A stretch of DNA of 64,000 nt from assembly GCA_041497895.1 (NCBI GenBank), contig JBGQHJ010000004.1, forward strand, positions 11,888 to 75,887, given 5' to 3'. Under the pieces are notes generated by a model. The model worked only from the letters and a program-made list of their open reading frames with translations. It was not told the origin of the DNA and ran no database searches. The position numbers and the translations under genes are program-made. The stretch is from Candidatus Methylomirabilia bacterium (GTDB lineage: Bacteria; Methylomirabilota; Methylomirabilia; Rokubacteriales; CSP1-6). Shown here piece after piece: positions 23,198 to 37,580 of the stretch (positions within the stretch are counted from its first letter, which is position 1; every line of letters starts with the position of its first letter).

Positions 23198-23213
23198 TGC
23201 AACCGGGGTGCCA
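23198..23213 (-). promoter_or_regulatory. sigma54 promoter P4 (DUF2892-RND...archease-rtcB)
   Basis: Minus strand TGGCAC-CCCGG-TTGCA; IHF-like AATCCGAGACTTG at 23231-23243. Confidence 0.9.
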
Positions 23214-23266
23214 CTGCTCTTCTGCCGTGGAATCCGAGACTTGCGGCGGCGAGCGGCGGCCCGGGC

Positions 23267-23304
23267 TGGGGAGCGCGCGCCTCAGCCGGGACCGCGGCGC
23301 CCCG
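23267..23304. promoter_or_regulatory. Tandem palindromic enhancer U4
   Basis: TGGGG-agcgcgcg-CCTCA gc CGGGA-ccgcggcg-CCCCG. Confidence 0.8.
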
Positions 23305-23324
23305 GGCGCACGCAGGCTACCGGC

Positions 23325-25850
<2,526 letters not shown>

Positions 25851-27587
25851 CTAGTCGTCGCCCCCGTAGCGCACCGTGATCAGCGCGTCGATCGCCTCGC
25901 GCAGATCCGGCAGCTCGCCGCGCCGCCAGCGCGTCTCGGCCTTGCCGAGCTGTCGCGCCAGCTCGCTGTCGGCGAATACGTCGCGCACCCAGCGCGAGAA
26001 GTCGCCGCGCTCGGCGTGGTACGCGAGCAGCTCTTCCGGCGTGATGGCCACCACGCGGCGAAAGGCCTGCAGGCTGTTGGCCGAACCGAGCACCCGGCCG
26101 CCGGCCCCCCGGAACAGGAACTCGCGGCCCGGGGGCACGTGCGAATCCACGTACTTGGTCAGGTGGCGCACGTGGACCGTCTGGCGCGGCGCGGCCACGA
26201 AGGTCACCGCGGTCGCCCGGCCGCCGGGGTCGCGCTGGACGATGAGGAACTGCCCGCGTGGCAGCCGCGAGAGCGCGGCCGACACCGCCTCGCTCCCGTC
26301 GATGGCGGGTAGGGTGGAATGGAGAAAGGCGAGCTCCTCGGGCACCGTGGTCCGCGCGAGGACGAATACGTCCACCGCCCGGATGACGGCCGCGCGCACC
26401 CACCGCGGCCGGTAGGTCACGAAGCAGAAGCCGCGGTCCTCGAGACCGAGCGCGTCGCTCGCGATGCCGCCGTCGTGCACCAGGTAGTGAGCCTCGTCGA
26501 CCAGCACCCAGTGCGGACGCCCGACGCGCCGCCGGATCTCGCGGATGCGCCGCAGGGCCCGTTCGATCAGGAGGACCTTCTCGGCGTGGGACAGCGTGGA
26601 GAGGTCGAGGACCGCCGAGGCCGTGGGGACGTGCTGGAGATGATCCAGCACCCGATCCACGTCCGCCGCCTCGGACACTTCGGCCCACGCGACGCCCGGC
26701 AGGCGCGAGAGCACACGGTAGTCCCCCTCCGGATCGATCACGCAGACCGCGTAGCGCGCAGCGACCAGCCGCTCGACGAGGGCGCCGGCGAGCCAGGACT
26801 TGCCGGAGTGCGGATCGCCGTGGATCAGCACGTTGATCCGGCGGGCCGGGATGGTGATCGGCTCGCTGGTGGTCGCGCCCCAGCCGAGCGAGATCCGGTG
26901 GCGTGGTGACTGCTGCACCGCGAGCTGGTCCTCGAGCACCGGCCCGGCGATGGCGGCCCCGACGTCGGCGCCCGCGCCGCCCGGCAAGACCCAGTCCACG
27001 CGGTCGCGGACGACCGCGATGCTGTTGCCCGGGCAGGCGCTGAAGCCGCACGCGTCGAAGAGGGCGAGGTCGTTCTCGGCGTCGCCCAGGGCCAGCACGT
27101 CGTGCGGCGAGAGCTCGAGAAATCGCAGCACCTGCTGGACCCCGGAGCCCTTGGACACGCCGGAGGGCAGCAGCATGAGGGCGGCGCGGTTCGGGATCAG
27201 GTCCCGGGTCACGTCGGCCGCGCGCAGCGCCTCGCGCACCCCCGCCTCGTCGCCACGGCCGGTGCCGACGATGACCCGGCCCACCTGGTAGTAGATGCCC
27301 CGCCGCTCGAGCTCTCCGAGCAGCCGGCCGGGCACCGGGGGTCCCTGGTCGCGGATCATCGCCGAGCCGGGATAGTAGATCACCGCGCCGTTCTCGGCCA
27401 CCACGCCGTCGAAGAGCTCCAGGCAGTCGCACACGCGCGTGAGCTCGAAGAAGGTGCGCCCGGTCACGAGCATCAGCCGGAGGCCCGCCTTCTTCGCCTG
27501 CTCGAGCGCGGCGCGCACCGACGGACCGATCCGGTCATCGACTGCGAGCGTGCCGTCGAAATCGCAAGCGAGCGCCTTGAAGAACAC
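25851..27587 (-). CDS. HAD (Cof-like) hydrolase fused to a P-loop NTPase
   Basis: CDFDGT, VTGR, GDAEND; then Walker A GDPHSGKS and Walker B VLVDEAH. Confidence 0.85.
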   Translation of the reverse strand: MFFKALACDFDGTLAVDDRIGPSVRAALEQAKKAGLRLMLVTGRTFFELTRVCDCLELFDGVVAENGAVIYYPGSAMIRDQGPPVPGRLLGELERRGIYYQVGRVIVGTGRGDEAGVREALRAADVTRDLIPNRAALMLLPSGVSKGSGVQQVLRFLELSPHDVLALGDAENDLALFDACGFSACPGNSIAVVRDRVDWVLPGGAGADVGAAIAGPVLEDQLAVQQSPRHRISLGWGATTSEPITIPARRINVLIHGDPHSGKSWLAGALVERLVAARYAVCVIDPEGDYRVLSRLPGVAWAEVSEAADVDRVLDHLQHVPTASAVLDLSTLSHAEKVLLIERALRRIREIRRRVGRPHWVLVDEAHYLVHDGGIASDALGLEDRGFCFVTYRPRWVRAAVIRAVDVFVLARTTVPEELAFLHSTLPAIDGSEAVSAALSRLPRGQFLIVQRDPGGRATAVTFVAAPRQTVHVRHLTKYVDSHVPPGREFLFRGAGGRVLGSANSLQAFRRVVAITPEELLAYHAERGDFSRWVRDVFADSELARQLGKAETRWRRGELPDLREAIDALITVRYGGDD

Positions 27588-27601
27588 GTGAGCGGTACCG
27601 G

Positions 27602-27617
27602 AGCAATCCTAGTGCCA
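27602..27617 (-). promoter_or_regulatory. sigma54 promoter P5 (HAD-mgtA)
   Basis: Minus strand TGGCAC-TAGGA-TTGCT. Confidence 0.88.
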
Positions 27618-27669
27618 CGCCGGCCGGTTCGGAAGACCCCGTTGGATGGCGATCATGGCCCGACCGGAG

Positions 27670-27687
27670 CGGGACACCCCTGCCCCA
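27670..27687. promoter_or_regulatory. Single palindromic enhancer U5 between divergent P5 and P6
   Basis: CGGGA-cacccctg-CCCCA. Confidence 0.6.
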
Positions 27688-27761
27688 CTGTCGTGGGAAT
27701 TCCGTGCGGGCGGACCGGCTGGGCGAGGAGCGGATCGTCGATTCGGCGCGCGCTTGGGGCC

Positions 27762-27777
27762 GGGCACCACGCTTGCA
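27762..27777 (+). promoter_or_regulatory. sigma54 promoter P6 (pal-gdh-DUF3300-DUF2950-OPT)
   Basis: GGGCAC-CACGC-TTGCA. Confidence 0.82.
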
Positions 27778-27790
27778 CCATGACAGGGGC

Positions 27791-28324
27791 ATGAGCACGA
27801 TACCCGTCCTTGCGCTGCTGGTTCTCCTGGTCTCCGCCGCCGGCTGCGGGACGGCGAAGAGCAGTCAGCCGGACCTCGCGGCATCCCCGCGCGAGCCCTC
27901 GCCCGCGGTGGCCGCCACGGAGCCTCCAGATGAAGGCGCCCTGACCCCCACGGGCTCACCGCCGCCGCCCCAGGAGTTCATCCCGGCCGCCCGGCTGGCC
28001 GACATCTACTTCGCCTTCGACGCCCACGAGATCCGTGCCGAGGACACGCGCGTGCTCGACGAGAACGCGGCGTGGCTGCGGGCGACCCCGAACGCGCTCG
28101 TCCTGATCGAGGGGCACACCGACGAGCGCGGGACCAGCGAGTACAACCTGGGGCTCGGGGATCTGCGCGCCCGCGCCGCCATGACCTACCTGATGGCCCA
28201 CGGCGTGCCGGCGGTCCGCATGGTCGCGATCTCCTACGGCAAGGAGCGGCCGATCTGCACCGAGCACGACGAGAGCTGCTGGGCGCGGAATCGCCGGGCC
28301 CACTTCCTGGTCAAGCTGCTCTGA
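27791..28324 (+). CDS. pal: Peptidoglycan-associated lipoprotein (Pal/OmpA-C family)
   Basis: Lipobox AAGC; IYFAFD, IEGHTDERGTSEYNLGLG, ISYGKERP, NRRAHF. Confidence 0.88.
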   Translation: MSTIPVLALLVLLVSAAGCGTAKSSQPDLAASPREPSPAVAATEPPDEGALTPTGSPPPPQEFIPAARLADIYFAFDAHEIRAEDTRVLDENAAWLRATPNALVLIEGHTDERGTSEYNLGLGDLRARAAMTYLMAHGVPAVRMVAISYGKERPICTEHDESCWARNRRAHFLVKLL

Positions 28325-28334
28325 CGAGCCGGCG

Positions 28335-29441
28335 ATGGACGTCCTCACCGCTGGCGGCGGCGACGAGCTCGGCCCGGCCAAGGTCGTGCTGATCAGGGAG
28401 CCGCGGGCCGGCCTCGAGGCCATCGTCGTCGTCGACAACGTCGCCTGCGGCCCCGCCATCGGCGGGGTGCGCATGGCCCCGGACGTGACGCTCGCGGAAG
28501 TGGCGCGGCTCGCGCGGGCCATGACCATGAAGAACGCGGCCGCCGGCCTGGCCCACGGTGGCGGCAAGGCCGGCATCGTCGCCGACCCCGCCGCCAATCC
28601 CGCGGACAAGGAGCGCCGGGTCCGGACATTCGCGCGGGCGATCCGCTCCCTCACGGAATACATTCCGGGCCCCGACATGGGCACCGACGAGCGCTGCATG
28701 GCGTGGGTCAAGGACGAGATCGACCGGGCGGTCGGCCTTCCGCGGGTGATCGGCGGCATCCCCCTCGACGAGATCGGGGCCACCGGCCTGGGCGTGGCCG
28801 TCGCGGCGGAGGTCGCGGCGCCGGAGGCCGGGATCTCCCTCGCCGGCGCGCGGGTGGCCGTCGAGGGCTTCGGCGCGGTGGGCCAGCACGCGGCGCGCTT
28901 CCTCGCCGCCCGCGGCGCCAGACTGGTCGCCGCCTCCGACAGTCGCGGCGCCATCCACGAACCGGCCGGGCTCGGCATCGACGCCCTGATCGCCCACAAG
29001 CGGGCGGGACGGCCGCTGTCCGGCTTCGCGGGCGGCCGGGCGATCACCCGTGAGGCGTTGATCGGCGTCCCGTGCGACATGTGGATTCCCGCCGCCCGAC
29101 CCGACACGCTCACCCTCGACAACGTGAAGGATCTCAAGGCCAGGCTGGTGATCCAGGGCGCCAACATCCCGGCCACCGGGCCGGCCGAGGAGTGGATGCA
29201 CGCCCACGGCATCCTGAGCATCCCCGACTTCATCGCCAATGCGGGCGGAGTCATCTGCGCCGCGATCGAGTACCACGGCGGCACGGAGACGCAGGCGCTG
29301 GCGGCCATCGAGGAGCGCATCCGCGCCAACACCCGCGAGACCCTCGAGCGCGCGCGCGCCGATCGGGTGCCGCCCCGGCAGGCGGCCACCCGGATGGCCA
29401 CCGCCCGCGTGTGCGAGGCGATGGGCTACCGTCGGCCCTGA
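28335..29441 (+). CDS. Glu/Leu/Phe/Val dehydrogenase
   Basis: GPAIGGVRM, AMTMKNA, GGGKAG, GPDMGT, EGFGAVG, PDFIANAGGV. Confidence 0.92.
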   Translation: MDVLTAGGGDELGPAKVVLIREPRAGLEAIVVVDNVACGPAIGGVRMAPDVTLAEVARLARAMTMKNAAAGLAHGGGKAGIVADPAANPADKERRVRTFARAIRSLTEYIPGPDMGTDERCMAWVKDEIDRAVGLPRVIGGIPLDEIGATGLGVAVAAEVAAPEAGISLAGARVAVEGFGAVGQHAARFLAARGARLVAASDSRGAIHEPAGLGIDALIAHKRAGRPLSGFAGGRAITREALIGVPCDMWIPAARPDTLTLDNVKDLKARLVIQGANIPATGPAEEWMHAHGILSIPDFIANAGGVICAAIEYHGGTETQALAAIEERIRANTRETLERARADRVPPRQAATRMATARVCEAMGYRRP

Positions 29442-29459
29442 CGCCCATCGGAGGCGACG

Positions 29460-30797
29460 ACGAGACATCGAGGCGGTCGCGGCTGGCGGCTCGTCGGTCT
29501 GCGGGACACCCTCGCGGGCCTGCTGGCCCTGGCGCTCGCCGCGCCGCTCCCGCTGCTTGCCCAGCAGCCGGTCGCGCCCCGATCCTTCGCCCCGGAGGAG
29601 CTGGAGCAGATCGCCGCGCCGATCGCCCTCTACCCCGACCCGCTCTTGGCGCAGGTGCTGATGGCGGCCACCTATCCGCTCGAGGTGGTCATGGCCGCTC
29701 GATTCGTCCAGGCCAATCCCGGGCTCACCGGCCCGGCCCTGAACGAGGCGCTCACCGCCCAGAACTGGGACGACAGCGTGAAATCGCTGGTCGCGTTCCC
29801 CCAGGTCCTCGGCATGATGAACGAGCAGCTCGCGTGGACCCAGAAGCTGGGCGACGCGTCCCTGGGGCAGCGGGAAGAGCTGATGGAGGCGATCCAGCGT
29901 CTCCGCGCTCGGGCCCAGGCCGAGGGCACGCTCGCCACGACCCCGCAGCAGGTGGTCACGGTGGAGCCCGCGCCGGCCGAGGGGCCACCGGTCATCGGCA
30001 TCGAGCCGGCCGAGCCCGGCGTGGTCTACGTGCCGGCCTACGATCCGCTGGTCGTCTACGGCCCCTGGCCCTACCCGGCCTATCCGCCGTACTACTACTA
30101 CCCGCCGGGATGGATCGTGGGCGGCTTCTTCACCTTCGGCGTCGGCATCGTCGTCGGCATGGCGCTCTGGGGCCGGTGCGACTGGCATCGCCACCGGCTC
30201 GACCTGGACGTCGGACGCTACCAGCGCTTCACGCGCGTCGTGAACGTCGACCGCGATCGCGGCGAGCTGATCCGCGGGAGGCTGATCCCGGGAGGGGAGC
30301 GCCTGCCGTGGGAGCACAGCCCCGAGCATCGTCGCGGCGTCCTGTATCGCACCGAGAGCCTGCAGCGCGTGTTCGGCCGGCAAGTGGTGCCGGACCCGAC
30401 GGCCCGCGAGATGTTCCGCGGGCGGGAGGACGCGGGCCGGCCGCAGCCCGGGCGCGCGCCGGGAGCCGAGATCCGTCCCGGCCCTCAGTCCGGACGCGCG
30501 CCGGGCGCCGACGTCCGCCCCGGCCCGGCACCGAGGCCGGAGCGGGGTCCCGGCACCGCCGCGCCGAGTCGCCCGATCGCGCCCGGCATCACGCCACGGG
30601 AGCCTGGCGCGTTTCAAGGCCTCGGCCGCGGCCCGGACACGCGAAGCTACAGCGATCGAGGCCGCGAGAGCCGTCGAAACATCGCCCCGCCGCCCAGGCC
30701 CGCTCCGCGATCTTCCCCGTCTCGTCCGGCCCCGTCTCGACCCGGCCCCTCCGGCCCGAGCCACGGCGCGGCGCCGGGCGGCGGAGGTCGGCGATGA
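29460..30797 (+). CDS. DUF3300-like secreted protein; apparent non-canonical (ACG) start
   Basis: EELEQIAAPIALYPDPLLAQVLMAATYPLEV, WDDSVKSL, VYVPAYDP. Signal peptide lies upstream of the first TTG; GGAGG SD ends 5 nt before an ACG. Confidence 0.8.
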   Translation, partial: TRHRGGRGWRLVGLRDTLAGLLALALAAPLPLLAQQPVAPRSFAPEELEQIAAPIALYPDPLLAQVLMAATYPLEVVMAARFVQANPGLTGPALNEALTAQNWDDSVKSLVAFPQVLGMMNEQLAWTQKLGDASLGQREELMEAIQRLRARAQAEGTLATTPQQVVTVEPAPAEGPPVIGIEPAEPGVVYVPAYDPLVVYGPWPYPAYPPYYYYPPGWIVGGFFTFGVGIVVGMALWGRCDWHRHRLDLDVGRYQRFTRVVNVDRDRGELIRGRLIPGGERLPWEHSPEHRRGVLYRTESLQRVFGRQVVPDPTAREMFRGREDAGRPQPGRAPGAEIRPGPQSGRAPGADVRPGPAPRPERGPGTAAPSRPIAPGITPREPGAFQGLGRGPDTRSYSDRGRESRRNIAPPPRPAPRSSPSRPAPSRPGPSGPSHGAAPGGGGRR

Positions 30798-31705
30798 TTC
30801 CGGCGCGGATCGCGCTCGCGGTGGTCCTCCTGTGGGCGGCGGGCTCGAGCGCCGCGCCGGCCGCACCCACGCGTTTTCCGTCTCCCGAGGCCGCCGTCGC
30901 GGCCCTCGTCCAGGCGGTGCGAGCAAGCGACACCGCGACGCTGCTGCGCGTGCTCGGACCGGACGCCCGGGCGCTCGTCGCCTCGGGTGACGACGTGGCC
31001 GATCGACAGAGCCGGGAGCGCTTCGTCCGCGGCTACGACGAGGCCCACCGGCTCGCCGAGGTCGGCCCGGGGATGCTCGTCCTCACGGTCGGCCGAGACG
31101 AGTGGCCCATGCCGATCCCGCTCGTCCAGGACGCCGCGGGCTGGTGGTTCGACACCTCCCGGGGTCGGGAAGAGATCCTCAACCGGCGTATCGGGCGGAA
31201 CGAGCTCAACGCGGTCCAGGTCTGCCTGGCCTACGTCGACGCCCAGCGCGAGTACTACGTGCGCGATCCCGACGGGGACGCCCTGCTGCAGTACGCGCAG
31301 CGGTTCCGCAGCACGCCCGGCAAGCGCGACGGGCTCTACTGGGACGCGCCGCCCGACGAGGCGCCGAGCCCGCTGGGTGCGCTGGTCGCCCGGGCCGAGG
31401 CGGAAGGCTATCCGACGAAGCGTCCGAGTGGCGGGCGCATCCCCTACTGGGGGTACTATTACCGCATCGTGAAGGCCCAGGGAGCGCGCGCGCCGGGCGG
31501 AGCCTACGACTACGTCGTGCGCGGCAACATGATCGGCGGCTTCGCGCTGGTCGCCTACCCGGCCGAGTACGGCGCCTCGGGCGTGATGACCTTCATCGTC
31601 AGCCACGACGGGGTGGTCTACCAGAAGGACCTGGGCCCGGGCACCGATGTGGCCGCGCGGGCGCTCACGCTCTTCGATCCCGACCCCACCTGGTCGCGCT
31701 TCTGA
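30794..31705 (+). CDS. DUF2950-like secreted protein
   Basis: FPSPEAAV, WPMPIPLV, RRIGRNEL, RDGLYW, SGVMTFIV; usual partner of DUF3300. Confidence 0.82.
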   Translation: MIPARIALAVVLLWAAGSSAAPAAPTRFPSPEAAVAALVQAVRASDTATLLRVLGPDARALVASGDDVADRQSRERFVRGYDEAHRLAEVGPGMLVLTVGRDEWPMPIPLVQDAAGWWFDTSRGREEILNRRIGRNELNAVQVCLAYVDAQREYYVRDPDGDALLQYAQRFRSTPGKRDGLYWDAPPDEAPSPLGALVARAEAEGYPTKRPSGGRIPYWGYYYRIVKAQGARAPGGAYDYVVRGNMIGGFALVAYPAEYGASGVMTFIVSHDGVVYQKDLGPGTDVAARALTLFDPDPTWSRF

Positions 31706-33606
31706 GCCACCCGCCCCTCGCGGCCGAGCCGGACGCGCTCCCGGTGCGCGGGTTTCAGGGCAGCGCCGAGGAGATCGAGCGGCAGTGGTACGAGCAGGTC
31801 TACCGCGGCCGCGGCGACCGGCTGCCCCAGCTCACGTGGCGCGCGGTGGTCATGGGCTCGGTGCTGGGCGGGCTGCTTTCCCTCACTAATCTCTACATCG
31901 GGCTCAAGGCGGGCTGGGGCTTCGGGGTCGCCATCACCGCCTCCATCCTCTCGTACGCGATCTGGAGCGTGGTGCACCGGCTGGGCCTCGCGCGCACGCC
32001 GATGACCATCCTCGAGAACAACTGCATGCAGTCCACCGCGAGCGCGGCCGGCTACTCCACCGGCGGGACGCTCATCTCCGCCTTCGCGGCCTACATGCTG
32101 ATCAACGACCGCGCGCTGTCGCTCCCGGTGATGCTCGCGTGGATCTTCTTCCTCTCGGTGCTCGGGGTGACCATGGCCATCCCGATGAAGCGCCAGATGA
32201 TCAACATCGAGCAGCTCCGCTTCCCGAGCGGCATCGCGGCGGCGGAGACCCTCCGAGCGCTCCACTCGGTCGGCGACCGCGGCGCGCGCTCGGCCCGGGC
32301 CCTCGGCTGGGCCGGCCTCGGCGCGGTCCTCGGCAAGTTCTGGGCCGAGGGCCTCGTGCTAGTGAGCCCGAAGCTCGCCCCCTTCATGGTCGGCACGTGG
32401 ATCGCGGCGGCCAACGAGCGCCTGCTCGGGCCCGCCTGGATCGGGCGGACCGTGATGCTCTCCTGGGAACCCATGTTCGTCGCGGCGGGCGCCATCACCG
32501 GCTGGCACGTGGGCTGGAGCATGCTGCTCGGCAGCGTCGGCGCGTGGATGATCTTCGTGCCCATGCTGCAGCACCAGGGCGTGATCGAGGGCTCGGGCTA
32601 CGGCACGCTCGTGCAGTGGACGCTCTGGGGCGGCGTGGCGTGCATGGTCACCTCGAGCCTCGTCGCCTTCGCCATGCAGTGGCGGACCGCGCGCCGCGCC
32701 TTCGCCGATCTCGGCGCGATGTTCAGCGGCCGCGGGCGGGCCGCGGACGATCCGCTCGCCGCGATCGAGACCCCCGCCTCCTGGTTCCTCTGGGGCCAGG
32801 TCGTGGGCTTCGCCGGCCTCGCCTGGCTCGGCCACGTCACGTTCGGCATGCCGTACTGGCAGACCGGGGCCGCGGTGCTCCTCTCCTTCGTGCTGGCCCT
32901 CGTCGCGTGCCGCGTCACCGGGGAGACCGACACCACGCCGGTGGGCGCCATGGGGAAGATCACCCAGCTCTTCTTCGGCGCGGTGAGCCCCGGCAACATG
33001 AACGTGAACCTCATGAGCGCCGCGGTCACCGCCGCGGCCGCGAGCAGCAGCGCCGACCTGCTCACCGACCTGAAGAGCGGCTATCTCCTCGGGGCGCACC
33101 CGCGCCGGCAGTTCGTGGCCCAGTTCGCCGGCATCTTCGTCGGCACCCTCGTGAGCGTGCTGTCGTTCCGGCTGCTCGTGCCGGACGCGAGCGCGCTGGG
33201 TGGGGACCAGTTCCCCGCGCCCGCGGCCCAGGCGTGGCGCGCGGTCGCGCTCGCGCTGTCCCACGGCGTCCTCGCGCTCGGCCCGGTCAAGACGTGGTCG
33301 ATCGCGGTCGGGGCCGGCGTCGGCGTCGTCCTGTCCGTGCTGCCGGCGATGTTCCCCGCGCGCCGGCACCTCTTCCCGTCACCGGCCGGGCTCGGCCTGG
33401 CGTGGACCTTCCACTGGCACTACGGCCTGCTGTTCTTCCTGGGCGGCGGGCTGGGCTGGTGGGCCGAGAAGAAGTACCCCCGGTGGTCGGAGGAGCTCAC
33501 CTTCCCGGTGGCCTCGGGCTGGATCGCGGGCGAGAGCCTGATGGGCGTGCTACTCGTGATGTGGCAGAACGGCCCCGAGCTCGTGCGCAGGCTGACCGGC
33601 CACTAG
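31702..33606 (+). CDS. OPT/YSL family oligopeptide transporter (start uncertain: CTG 31702 or GTG 31744)
   Basis: QLTWRAV, NLYIGLKAGW, ILENNCMQSTASA, LRFPSGIAAAE, DLKSGYLLGA, PAPAAQAW. Confidence 0.88.
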   Translation: MSHPPLAAEPDALPVRGFQGSAEEIERQWYEQVYRGRGDRLPQLTWRAVVMGSVLGGLLSLTNLYIGLKAGWGFGVAITASILSYAIWSVVHRLGLARTPMTILENNCMQSTASAAGYSTGGTLISAFAAYMLINDRALSLPVMLAWIFFLSVLGVTMAIPMKRQMINIEQLRFPSGIAAAETLRALHSVGDRGARSARALGWAGLGAVLGKFWAEGLVLVSPKLAPFMVGTWIAAANERLLGPAWIGRTVMLSWEPMFVAAGAITGWHVGWSMLLGSVGAWMIFVPMLQHQGVIEGSGYGTLVQWTLWGGVACMVTSSLVAFAMQWRTARRAFADLGAMFSGRGRAADDPLAAIETPASWFLWGQVVGFAGLAWLGHVTFGMPYWQTGAAVLLSFVLALVACRVTGETDTTPVGAMGKITQLFFGAVSPGNMNVNLMSAAVTAAAASSSADLLTDLKSGYLLGAHPRRQFVAQFAGIFVGTLVSVLSFRLLVPDASALGGDQFPAPAAQAWRAVALALSHGVLALGPVKTWSIAVGAGVGVVLSVLPAMFPARRHLFPSPAGLGLAWTFHWHYGLLFFLGGGLGWWAEKKYPRWSEELTFPVASGWIAGESLMGVLLVMWQNGPELVRRLTGH

Positions 33607-33940
33607 AACTCGCGGAGCGAGCTGAGATAGGCGGCCAGCGTCTCCAGCTCGGGCCCGGCCAGCTGGATCTTCGGCATGTGCTCCACCGACCCTCGCGCCG
33701 GCGTGTCCCGGAGCCAGCGGGACAGGTACTCCCGCGAATACTTGGCGCCCACCCGCGAGAGGCTCGGCGCGGTCGTGGCGCCCACGCCGCCGATGGCGTG
33801 ACAGCCGTAGCAGCCGTGGGTCTCGAAGAGGCGCCGTCCGCGCGCCACCGGCGAGTCGCCGTCCTCCGCCGCGGCCGGCGCGGCGGCGAGGAGCAGGGCA
33901 CTCACGGTCACCGCCCGCATCACGGTCCCGAGCGAAGCCA

Positions 33941-33944
<4 letters not shown>
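33603..33944 (-). CDS. Monoheme cytochrome c (paralog of 13671-13976)
   Basis: Signal peptide, CYGCH, LSRVGAKY, HMPK. Confidence 0.88.
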
Positions 33945-36347
<2,403 letters not shown>

Positions 36348-36355
<8 letters not shown>

Positions 36356-37580
36356 GGCGGAGCGCCTCGATCGGGTTGAGCCGGGATGCCTTCCGGGCCG
36401 GGTAGTAGCCGAAGAAGATCCCGACCGCGGCGGCGAAGAGGAACGCAGGCAGGACGGCCGACCACGAGACCAGCACGCTCCACTCGAAGAAGTAGGCGAT
36501 CACGTAGGACGAGGCGGCCCCGACCACGATGCCGATCAGGCCCCCGGCCAGGGACACGAACACCGCCTCGATCAGGAACTGGCCCAGGATGTCCCGGCGC
36601 CGCGCGCCGACCGCCCGGCGCAGGCCGATCTCCCGCGTCCGCTCCGTCACCGAGACCAGCATGATGTTCATGATCCCGATGCCGCCCACCACCAGCGAGA
36701 CCGCGGCCACCGCGGCCAGGAGCAGGCTGAGGACGCGGGAAGACGCCTCCTGGCTGGCCAGGACCTCGGCCAGGTTCCGGAGCGCGAAGTCGTCGTCCTG
36801 GTTGGGCTGCAGGTGATGCCGCTGCCGGAGCAGCTCGCGGATCTGCAGCTCGGCCTCCCCCATGCGCGCGGGATCGGCGACCTTGACGAGGATGCCGCCC
36901 ACCGATCGGGCGTTGGCCGGGCTCACCCCCAGGACCTTCTTCTTCGCGGTCGAGATGGGGATGATCACCGTGTCGTCCTGGTCCTCGCCCCGGGCGCTCT
37001 GCCCCTTGCGGGCCAGCACGCCGACGACGGTGAACGGCACCGTCTTGATCCGCACCGTCTGGTCGAGCGGGTCGCTGCCCCCGAAGAGATTGTCGGCCAC
37101 CGTCTGCCCGAGCAGGATCACCTTCCCGGCGGCGTCGACGTCCTCCGCGGTGAGGAGCCGGCCGGTGGTCACGCCCCAGTCGCGGGCCTGGAAGTATTCC
37201 GGGGTCACGCCCTGCATCGCGGTCGACCAGTTGCTGTTGCCGACCACCGCCTGGACGCCGCCCCGCACCGTGGGCGCGGCCGCCTCGACGCTCGGCACGT
37301 CCCGCTGGATCGCGCGGGCGTCGTCCTCGGTGATCGTGAGCAGGCTGCCCGAGCCGAGGCGGACGCCGCCCGAGGTGATGGAGCCCGACATCACGATGAT
37401 CAGGTTCGAGCCGAGGCTCCGGATCTGCTCGGCGACACGGACCTGCGCGCCCGCCCCGACCGCCATCATGGTCACCACCGCCCCCACCCCGATGATGACC
37501 CCGAGCGCGGTGAGGGCGGTCCGGAGCCGGTTGCTCCGGAGCGCGGCCGACGCCATCTGCAGCGTGGCGCCGATCTTCAC
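36348..37580 (-). CDS. MacB/FtsX-family ABC permease
   Basis: LTALGVIIGV, GGIGIMNIMLVSVTERTREIG, PIEALR. Confidence 0.92.
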
